Assembly (NCBI RefSeq): GCF_009914755.1 | Contig: NC_060925.1 | Direction: 5' to 3' (one strand) | DNA: 64,000 nucleotides | Origin: the human T2T-CHM13v2.0 reference genome, Homo sapiens | Shown here: piece by piece, positions 31,001 through 43,449 of the stretch | How the letters are laid out: every line of letters begins with the position of its first letter | Position numbering within the stretch: position 1 is the stretch's first letter | The notes under the pieces: model-generated | What the model saw: only the letters and a program-made list of their open reading frames with translations | Told to the model about the DNA's origin: nothing | The model's database searches: none | Made by a program: the position numbers and the translations under genes

Positions 31001-34000
31001 ATCATCATCGTATAGAATCGAATGGAATCATCGAATGGACTCGAATGGAATAACCATTGAACGGAATCGAATGGAATCATCATCGGATGGAAACGAATGG
31101 AATCATCATCGAATGGAAATGTAAGGAGTCATCATCTAATGGAATTGCATGGAATCATCATAAAATAGAATCGAATGGAATCATCATCAAATGGAATCAA
31201 ATGGAATCATTGAACGGAATTGAATGGAATCGTCATCGAATGAATTGAATGCAATCATCGAATGGTCTCGAATGGAATCATCTTCAAATGGAATGGAATG
31301 GAATCATCGCATAGAATCGAATGGAATTATCATCGAATGGAATCGAATGGTATCAACATCAAACGGAAAAAAACGGAATTATCGAATGGAATCGAAGAGA
31401 ATCTTCGAACGGACCCGAATGGAATCATCTAATGGAATGGAATGGAATAATCCATGGACTCGAATGCAATCATCATCGAATGGAATCGAATGGAATCATC
31501 GAATGGACTCGAATGGAATAATCATTGAACGGAATCGAATGGAATCATCATCGGATGGAAACGAATGGAATCATCATCGAATGGAAATGAAAGGAGTCAT
31601 CATCTAATGGAATTGCATGGAATCATCATAAAATGGAATCGAATGGAATCAACATCAAATGGAATCAAATGGAATAATTGAACGGAATTGAATGGAATCG
31701 TCATCGAATGAATTGAATGCAATCATCGAATGGTCTAGAATGGAATCATCTTCAAATGGAATGGAATGGAATCACCGCATAGAATCGAATGGAAGTATCA
31801 TCGAATGGAATCGAATGGAATCAACATCAAACGGAAAAAAACGGAATTATCGAATGGAATCGAAGAGAATCATCAAATGGACCCGAATGGAATCATCTAA
31901 TGGAATGGAATGGAATAATCCATGGACTCGAATGCAATCATCATCGAATGGAATCGAATGGAATCATCGAATGGACTCGAATGGAATAATCATTGAACGG
32001 AATCGAATGGAATCATCATCGGATGGAAATGAATGGAATCATCATCGAATGGAATCGAATAGAATTATGGAATGAAATCCAGTGTGATCATCATCGAATG
32101 GACCCGAATGGAATCATCATCCAACGGAAGCTAATGGAATCAACATCGAATGAATCGAATGGAAACACCATCGAATTGAAACGAATGGAATTATCATGAA
32201 ATTGAAATGGATGGACTCATCATCGAATGGATTCGAATGGAATCATCGAATAAAATTGATTGAAATCATCATCGAATGGAATCGAATGGTATCATTGAAT
32301 GGAATCGAATGGAATCATCATCAGATGGAAATGAATGGAATCGTCATAGAATGGAATCGAATGGATTCATTGAATAGAATCAGATGGAATCATCGAATGG
32401 ACTGGAATGGAATCATTGAATGGACTCGAAAGGGATCATTATTGAATGGAATTGAATGGAATCATCGAATGGTCTCGATTGGAATCATTATCAAATGGAA
32501 TCGAATGGAATCACCGAATAGAATCGAATGGAACAATCATCGAATGGACTCAAATGGAATTATCCTCAAATGGAATCGAATGGAATTATCGAATGCAATC
32601 GAATGGAATTATCGAATGCAATTGAATAGAATCATCAAATGGACTCGAATGGAATCATCGAATGGAATGGAATGGAACAGTAAATGAACTCGAATGGAAT
32701 CATCATTGAATGGAATCGAATGGAATCATCGAGTGGAATCGAATGGAATTATGATCAAATGGAATCGAATGTAATCATCATCAAATGGAATCAAAAGTAA
32801 CCATCATCAATTCGTTTTGAATGGAATTGTCATCAAATGGAATTCAAAGGAATCATCATCAAATGGAACCGAATGGAATCCTCATTGAATGGAAATGAAA
32901 GGGGTCATCATCTAATGGAATCGCATGGAATCATCATCAAATGGAATCGAATGGAATCATCATCAAATGGAATCTAATGGAATCATTGAACAGAATTGAA
33001 TGGAATCGTCATCGAATGAATTGAATGCAATCATCGAATGGTCTCGAATGGAATCATCTTCTAATGGAAAGGAATGGAATCATCGCATAGAATCGAATGG
33101 AATTATCATCGAATGGAATCGAATGGTATCAACACCAAACGGAAAAAAACGGAATGATCGAATGGAATCGAAGAGAATCTTCGAACGGACCCGAATGGAA
33201 TCATCTAATGGAATGGAATGGAATAATCCATGGACTCGAATGCAATCATCATCGAATGGAATCGAATGGAATCATCGAATGGACTCGAATGGAATAATCA
33301 TTGAACGGAATCGAATGGAATCATCATCAGATGGAAACGAATGGAATCATCATCGAATGGAAATGAAAGGAGTCATCATCTAATGGAATTGCATGGAATC
33401 ATCATAAAATGGAATCGAATGGAATCAACATCAAATGGAATCAAATGGAATCATTGAACGGAATTGAATGGAATCGTCATCGAATGAATTGACTGCAATC
33501 ATCGAATGGTCTCGAATGGAATCATCTTCAAATGGAATGGAATGGAATCATCGCATAGAATCGAATGGAATTATCATCGAATGGAATCGAATGGAATCAA
33601 CATCAAACGGAAAAAAACGGAATTATCGTATGGAATCGAAGAGAATCATCGAATGGACCCGAATGGAATCATCTAATGGAATGGAATGGAATAATCCATG
33701 GACTCGAATGCAATCATCATCGAATGGAATCGAATGGAATCATCGAATGGACTCGAATGGAATAATCATTGAACGGAATCGAATGGAATCATCATCGGAT
33801 GGAAATGAATGGAATCATCATCGAATGGAATCGAATAGAATTATGGAATGAAATCCAGTGTGATCATCATCGAATGGACCCGAATGGAATCATCATCCAA
33901 CGGAAGCTAATGGAATCAACATCGAATGAATCGAATGGAAACACCATCGAATTGAAACGAATGGAATTATCATGAAATTGAAATGGATGGACTCATCATC

Positions 34001-37000
34001 GAATGGATTCGAATGGAATCATCGAATAAAATTGATTGAAATCATCATCCAATGGAATCGAATGGTATCATTGAATGGAATCGAATGGAATCATCATCAG
34101 ATGGAAATGAATGGAATCGTCATAGAATGGAATCGAATGGATTCATTGAATGGAATCAGATGGAATCATCGAATGGACTGGAATGGAATCATTGAATGGA
34201 CTCGAAAGGGATCATTATTGAATGGAATTGAATGGAATCATCGAATGGTCTCGATTGGAATCATTATCAAATGGAATCGAATGGAATCACCGAACAGAAT
34301 CGAATGGAACAATCATCGAATGGACTCAAATGGAATTATCCTCAAATGGAATCGAATGGAATTATCGAATGCAATCGAATGGAATTATCGAATGCAATCG
34401 AATGGAATTATCGAATGCAATCGAATAGAATCATCGAATGGACTCGAATGGAATCATCGAATGGAATGGAATGGAACAGTCAATGAACTCGAATGGAATC
34501 ATCATTGAATGGAATCGAATGGAATCATCGAGTGGAATCGAATGGAAATATGATCAAATGGAATCGAATATAATCATCATCAAATGGAATCAAAAATAAC
34601 CATCATCAATTGGTATTGAATGGAATTCTCATCAAATGGAATTCAAAGGAATCATCATCAAATGGAACTGAATGGAATCCTCATTGAATGGAAATGAAAG
34701 GGGTCATCATCTAATGGAATCGCATGGAATCATCATCAAATGGAATCGAATGGAATCATCATCAAATGGAATCTGATGGAATCATTGAACAGAATTGAAT
34801 GGAATCGTCATCGAATGAATTGAATGCAATCATCGAATGGTCTCGAATGTAATCACATTCTAATGGAAAGGAATGGAATCATCGCATAGAATCGAATGGA
34901 ATTAACATTGAATGGACTCGAATGGAATCAACATCAAACGGAATCAAGCGGAATTATCGAATGGAATCGAAGAGAATCATCGAATGGTCTCGAATGGAAT
35001 CATCTTCTAATGGAAAGGAATGGAATCATCGCATAGAATCGAATGGAATTAACATTGAATGGACTCGAATGGAATCAACATCAAATGGAATCAAGCGGAA
35101 TTATCGAATGAAATCGAAGAGAATCATCGAATGGACTCGAATGGAATCATCTAATGGAATGGAATGGAATAATCCACGGACTCGAATGCAATCATCATCG
35201 TATAGAATCGAATGGAGTCATCGAGTGGACTCTAATGGAATAACCATTGAACGGAATCGAATGGAATCATCATCGGATGGAAACGAATGGAATCATCATC
35301 GAATGGAAATGTAAGGAGTCATCATCTAATGGAATTGCATGGAATCATCATAAAATGGAATCGAATGGAATCATCATCAAATGGAATCAAAAGGAATCAT
35401 TGAACGGAATTGAATGGAATCGTCATCGAATGAATTGAATGCAATCATCGAATGGTCTCGAATGGAATCATCTTCAAATGGAATGGAATGGAATCATCGC
35501 ATAGAATCGAATGGAATTATCATCGAATGGAATCGAATGGTATCAACATCAAACGGAAAAAAACGGAATTATCGAATGGAATCGAAGAGAATCTTCGAAC
35601 GGACCCGCATGGAATCATCTAATGGAATGGAATGGAATAATCCATGGACTCGAATGCAATCATCATCGAATGGAATCGAATGGAATCATTGAATGGACTC
35701 GAATGGAATAATCATTGAACGGAATCGAATGGAATCATCATCGGATGGAAATGAATGGAATCATCATCGAATGGAATCGAATAGAATTATGGAATGAAAT
35801 CCAGTGTGATCATCATCGAATGGACCCGAATGGAATCATCATCCAACGGAAGCTAATGGAATCAACATCGAATGAATTGAATGGAAACACCATCGAATTG
35901 AAACGAATGGAATTATCATGAAATTGAAATGGATGGACTCATCATCGAATGGATTCGAATGGAATCATCGAATAAAATTGATTGAAATCATCATCGAATG
36001 GAATCGAATGGTATCATTGAATGGAATCGAATGGAATCATCATCAGATGGAAATGAATGGAATCGTCATAGAATGGAATCGAATGGATTCATTGAATAGA
36101 ATCAGATGGAATCATCGAATGGACTGGAATGGAATCATTGAATGGACTCGAAAGGGATCATTATTGAATGGAATTGAATGGAATCATCGAATGGTCTCGA
36201 TTGGAATCATTATCAAATGGAATCGAATGGAATCACCGAATAGAATCGAATGGAACAATCATCGAATGGACTCAAATGGAATTATCCTTAAATGGAATCG
36301 AATGGAATTATCGAATGCAATCGAATGGAATTATAGAATGCAATCGAATAGAATCATCGAAAGGACTCGAATGGAATCATCGAATGGAATGGAATGGAAC
36401 AGTCAATGAACTCGAATGGAATCATCATTGAATGGAATCGAATGGAATCATCGAGTGGAATCGAATGGAATTATGATCAAATGGAATCGAATGTAATCAT
36501 CATCAAATGGAATCAAAAATAACCATCATCAATTGGTATTGAATGGAATTGTCATCAAATGGAATTCAAAGGAATCATCATCAAATGGAACCGAATGGAA
36601 TCCTCATTGAATGGAAATGAAAGGGGTCATCATCTAATGGAATCGCATGGAATCATCATCAAATGGAATCGAATGGAATCATCATCAAATGGAATCTAAT
36701 GGAATCATTGAAAAGAATTGAATGGAATCATCATCGAATTAATTGAATGCAATCATCGAATGGTCTCGAATGGAATCATCTTCTAATGGAAAGGAATGGA
36801 ATCATCGCATAGAATCGAATGGAATTATCATCGAATGGAATCGAATGGTATCAACACCAAACGGAAAAAAACGGAATTATCGAATGGAATCGAAGAGAAT
36901 CTTCGAACGGACCCGAATGGAATCATCTAATGGAATGGAATGGAATAATCCATGGACTCGAATGCAATCATCATCGAATGGAATCGAATGGAATCATCGA

Positions 37001-37693
37001 ATGGACTCGAATGGAATAATCATTGTACGGAATCGAATGGAATCATCATCGGATGGAAACGAATGGAATCATCATCGAATGGAAATGAAAGGAGTCATCA
37101 TCTAATGGAATTGCATGGAATCATCATAAAATGGAATCGAATGGAATCAACATCAAATGGAATCAAATGGAATCATTGAACGGAATTGAATGGAATCGTC
37201 ATCGAATGAATTGAATGCAATCATCGAATGGTCTCGAATGGAATCATCTTCAAATGGAATGGAATGGAATCATCGCATAGAATCGAATGGAATTATCATC
37301 GAATGGAATCGAATGGAATCAACATCAAACGGAAAAAAACGGAATTATCGAATGGAATCGAAGAGAATCATCCAATGGACTCGAATGGAATCATCTAATG
37401 GAATGGAATGGAATAATCCATGGATTCGAATGCAATCATCATCGAATGGAATCGAATGGAATCATCGAATGGACTCGAATGGAATAATCATTGAACGGAA
37501 TCGAATGGAATCATCATCGGATGGAAATGAATGGAATCATCATCGAATGGAATCGAATAGAATTATGGAATGAAATCCAGTGTGATCATCATCGAATGGA
37601 CCCGAATGGAATCATCATCCAACGGAAGCTAATGGAATCAACATCGAATGAATCAAATGGAAACACCATCGAATTGAAACGAATGGAATTATC

Positions 37694-39000
37694 ATGAAAT
37701 TGAAATGGATGGACTCATCATCAAATGGATTCGAGTGGAATCATCGAATAAAATTGATTGAAATCCTCATCGAATGGAATCGAATGGTATCATTGAATGG
37801 AATCGAATGGAATCATCATCAGATGGAAATGAAAGGAATCGTCATAGAATGGAATCGAAAGGATTCATTGAATGGAATCAGATGGAATCATTGAATGGAC
37901 TGGAATGGAAACATTGAATGGACACGAAAGGGATCATGATTGAATGGAATTGAATGGAATCATCGAATGGTCTCGATTGGAATCATTATCAAATGGAATC
38001 GAATGGAATCACCGAATAGAATCGAATGGAACAATCATCGAATGGACTCAAATGGAATTATCCTCAAATGGAATCGAATGGAATTATCGAATGCAATCGA
38101 ATGGAATTATCGAATGCAATCGAATAGAATCATCGAATGGACTCGAATGGAATCATCGAATGGAATGGAATGGAACAGTCAATGAACTCGAATGGAATCA
38201 TCATTGAATGGAATCGAATGGAATCATCGAGTGGAATCGAATGGAATTATGATCAAATGGAATCGAATGTAATCATCATCAAATGGAATCAAAAATAACC
38301 ATCCTCAATTGGTATTGAATGGAATTGTCATCAAATGGAATTCAAAGGAATCATCATCAAATGGAACCGAATGGAATCCTCATTGAATGGAAATGAAAGG
38401 GGTCATCATCTAATGGAATCGCATGGAATCATCATAAAATGGAATCGAATGGAATCAACATCAAATGGAATCAAATGGAATCATTGAACGGAATTGAATG
38501 GAATCGTCATCGAATGAATTGAATGCAATCATCGAATGGTCTCGAATGGAATCATCTTCAAATCTAATGGAATGGAATCATCGCATAGAATCGAATGGAA
38601 TTATCATCGAATGGAATCGAAAGGAATCAAAATCAAACGGAAAAAAACGGAATTATCGAATGGAATCGAAGAGAATCATCGAATGGACCCGAATGGAATC
38701 ATCTAATGGAATGGAATGGAATAATCCATGGACTCGAATGCAATCATCATCGAATGGAATCGAATGGAATCATCGAATGGACTCGAATGAATAATCATTG
38801 AACGGAATCGAATGGAATCATCATCGGATGGAAACGAATGGAATCATCATCGAATGGAATCGTATAGATTTATGGAATGAAATCCAGTGTGATCATCATC
38901 GTATGGACCCGAATGGAATCATCATCCAACGGAAGCTAATGGAATCAACATCGAATGAATCAAATGGAAACACCATCGAATTGAAACGAATGGAATTACC
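37694..39000 (+). repeat. 1,307-bp unit with a single 468-bp subrepeat
   Basis: Marker spacing 1307 = 1776-468-1. Only one subrepeat start (38498), and a 1-bp deletion near 38790. Confidence 0.92.
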
Positions 39001-40923
39001 ATGAAATTGAAATGGATGGACTCATCATCAAATGGATTCGAATGGAATCATCGAATAAAATTGATTGAAATCATCATCGATTGGAATCGAATGGTATCAT
39101 TGAATGGAATCGAATGGAATCATCATCAGATGGAAATGAATGGAATCGTCATAGAATGGAATCGAATGGATTCATTGAATGGAATCAGATGGAATCATTG
39201 AATGGACTGGAATGGAATCATTCAATGGACTCGAAAGGGATCATTATTGAATGTAATTGAATGGAATCATCGAATGGTCTCGATTGGAATCATTATCAAA
39301 TGGAATCGAATGGAATCACCGAATACAATCGAATGGAACAATCATCGAATGGACTCAAATGGAATTATCCTCCAATGGAATCGAATGGAATTATCGAATG
39401 CAATCGAATGGAATTATCGAATGCAATCGAATAGAATCATCGAATGGACTCGAATGGAATCATCGAATGGAATGGAATGGAACAGTCAATGAACTCGAAT
39501 GGAATCATCATTGAATGGAATCGAATGGAATCATCGAGTGGAATCGAATGGAAATATGATCAAATGGAATCGAATATAATCATCATCAAATGGAATCAAA
39601 AATAACCATCATCAATTGGTATTGAATGGAATTCTCATCAAATGGAATTCAAAGGAATCATCATCAAATGGAACTGAATGGAATCCTCATTGAATGGAAA
39701 TGAAAGGGGTCATCATCTAATGGAATCGCATGGAATCATCATCAAATGGAATCGAATGGAATCATCATCAAATGGAATCTGATGGAATCATTGAACAGAA
39801 TTGAATGGAATCGTCATCGAATGAATTGAATGCAATCATCGAATGGTCTCGAATTTAATCACATTCTAATGGAAAGGAATGGAATCATCGCATAGAATCA
39901 AATGGAATTAACATTGAATGGACTCGAATGGAATCAACATCAAACGGAATCAAGCGGAATTATCGAATGGAATCGAAGAGAATCATCGAATGGTCTCGAA
40001 TGGAATCATCTTCTAATGGAAAGGAATGGAATCATCGCATAGAATCGAATGGAATTAACATTGAATGGACTCGAATGGAATCAACATCAAATGGAATCAA
40101 GCGGAATTATCGAATGAAATCGAAGAGAATCATCGAATGGACTCGAATGGAATCATCTAATGGAATGGAATGGAATAATCCACGGACTCGAATGCAATCA
40201 TCATCGTATAGAATCGAATGGAATCATCGAATGGACTCGAATGGAATAACCATTGAACGGAATCGAATGGAATCATCATCGGATGGAAACGAATGGAATC
40301 ATCATCGAATGGAAATGTAAGGAGTCATCATCTAATGGAATTGCATGGAATCATCATAAAATGGAATCGAATGGAATCATCATCAAATGGAATCAAATGG
40401 AATCATTGAACGGAATTGAATGGAATCGTCATCGAATGAATTGAATGCAATCATCGAATGGTCTCGAATGGAATCATCTTCAAATGGAATGGAATGGAAT
40501 CATCGCATAGAATCGAATGGAATTATCATCGAATGGAATCGAATGGTATCAACATCAAACGGAAAAAAACGGAATTATCGAATGGAATCGAAGAGAATCT
40601 TCGAACGGACACGCATGGAATCATCTAATGGAATGGAATGGAATAATCCATGGACTCGAATGCAATCATCATCGAATGGAATCGAATGGAATCATTGAAT
40701 GGACTCGAATGGAATAATCATTGAACGGAATCGAATGGAATCATCATCGGATGGAAATGAATGGAATCATCATCGAATGGAATCGAATAGAATTATGGAA
40801 TGAAATCCAGTGTGATCATCATCGAATGGACCCGAATGGAATCATCATCCAACGGAAGCTAATGGAATCAACATCGAATGAATCGAATGGAAACACCATC
40901 GAATTGAAACGAATGGAATTATC

Positions 40924-42673
40924 ATGAAATTGAAATGGATGGACTCATCATCGAATGGATTCGAATGGAATCATCGAATAAAATTGATTGAAATCATCAT
41001 CGAATGGAATCGAATGGTATCATTGAATGGAATCGAATGGAATCATCATCAGATGGAAATGAATGGAATCGTCATAGAATGGAATCGAATGGATTCATTG
41101 AATAGAATCAGATGGAATCATCGAATGGACTGGAATGGAATCATTGAATGGACTCGAAAGGGATCATTATTGAATGGAATTGAATGGAATCATCGAATGG
41201 TCTCGATTGGAATCATTATCAAATGGAATCGAATGGAATCACCGAATAGAATCGAATGGAACAATCATCGAATGGACTCAAATGGAATTATCCTCAAATG
41301 GAATCGAATGGAATTATCGAATGCAATCGAATGGAATTATCGAATGCAATCGAATAGAATCATCGAATGGACTCGAATGGAATCATCGAATGGAATGGAA
41401 TGGAACAGTCAATGAACTCGAATGGAATCATCATTGAATGGAATCGAATGGAATCATCGAGTGGAATCGAATGGAATTATGATCAAATGGAATCGAATGT
41501 AATCATCATCAAATGGAATCAAAAATAACCATCATCAATTGGTATTGAATGGAATTCTCATCAAATGGAATTCAAAGGAATCATCATCAAATGTAACCGA
41601 ATGGAATCCTCATTGAATGGAAATGAAAGGGGTCATCATCTAATGGAATCGCATGGAATCATCATCAAATGGAATCGAATGGAATCAACATCAAATGGAA
41701 TCAAATGGAATAATTGAAAGGAATTGAATGGAATCGTCATCGAATGAATTGAATGCAATCATCGAATGGTCTCGAATGGAATCATCTTCAAATGGAATGG
41801 AATGGAATCATCGCATAGAATCGAATGGAATTATCATCGAATGGAATCGAATGGAATCAACATCAAACGGAAAAAAACGGAATTATCGAATGGAATCGAA
41901 GAGAATCATCGAATGGACCCGAATGGAATCATCTAATGGAATGGAATGGAATAATCCATGGACTCGAATGCAATCATCATCGAATGGAATCGAATGGAAT
42001 CATCGAATGGACTCGAATGGAATAATCATTGAACGGAATCGAATTGAATCATCATCGGATGGAAATGAAAGGAGTCATCATCTAATGGAATTGCATGGAA
42101 TCATCATAAAATGGAATCGAATGGAATCAACATCAAATGGAATCAAATAGAATCATTGAACGGAATTGAATGGAATCGTCATTGAATGAATTGAATGCAA
42201 TCATCGAATGGTCTCGAATGTAATCATCTTCAAATGGAATGGAATGGAATCATCGCATAGAATCGAATGGAATTATCATGAAATGGAATCGAATGGAATC
42301 AACATCAAACGGAAAAAAACGGAATTATCGAATGGAATCGAAGAGAATCATCGAACGGACCCGAATGGAATCATCTAATGGAATGGAATGGAATAATCCA
42401 TGGACTCGAATGCAATCATCATCGAATGGAATCGAATGGAATCATCGAATGGACTCGAATGGAATAATCATTGAACGGAATCGAATTGAATCATCATCGG
42501 ATGGAAATGAATGGAATCATCATCGAATGGAATCGAATAGAATTATGGAATGAAATCCAGTGTGATCATCATCGAATGGACCCGAATGGAATCATCATCG
42601 AACGGAAGCTAATGGAATCAACATCGAATGAATCGAATGGAAACACCATCGAATTGAAACGAATGGAATTATC
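40924..42673 (+). repeat. 1,750-bp unit with a 26-bp deletion near 42065
   Basis: ATCGGATGGAAATGAAAGGAGTC lacks CGAATGGAATCATCATCGAATGGAAA. Subrepeat spacing is 442 instead of 468. Confidence 0.9.
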
Positions 42674-43449
42674 ATGAAATTGAAATGGATGGACTCATCA
42701 TCGAATGGATTCGAATGGAATCATCGAATAAAATTGATTGAAATCATCATCCAATGGAATCGAATGGTATCATTGAATGGAATCGAATGGAATCATCATC
42801 AGATGGAAATGAATGGAATCGTCATAGAATGGAAGCGAATGGATTCATTGAATGGAATCAGATGGAATCATCGAATGGACTGGAATGGAATCATTGAATG
42901 GACTCGAAAGGGATCATTATTGAATGGAATTGAGTGGAATCATCGAATGGTCTCGATTGGAATCATTACCAAATGGAATCGAATGGAATCACCGAATAGA
43001 ATCGAATGGAACAATCATCGAATGGACTCAAATGGAATTACCCTCAAATGGAATCGAATGGAATTATCGAATGCACTCGAATGGAATTATCGAATGCATT
43101 CGAATAGAATCATCGAATGGACTCGAATGGAATCATCGAATGGAATGGAATGGAACAGTCAATGAACTCGAATGGAATCATCATTGAATGGAATCGAATG
43201 GAATCATCGAGTGGAATCGAATGGAATTATGATCCAATGGAATCGAATGTAATCATCAACAAATGGAATCAAAAATAACCATCATCAATTGGTATTGAAT
43301 GGAATTGTCATCAAATGGAATTCAAAGGAATCATCATCAAATGGAACCGAATGGAATCCTCATTGAATGGAAATGAAAGGGGTCATCATCTAATGGAATC
43401 GCACGGAATCATCATCCAATGGAATCGAATGGAATCATCATCAAATGGA

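Larger units (their letters stand above)
11900..38040 (+). repeat. 13,070-bp, 7-unit higher-order repeat, two near-identical tandem copies
   Basis: Markers 13330/26400, 15106/28176, 16882/29952, 19126/32196, 20902/33972, 22848/35918 and 24624/37694 are all offset by 13,070 = 5x1776 + 2244 + 1946. Private SNVs and indels are shared between the copies. Confidence 0.96.
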
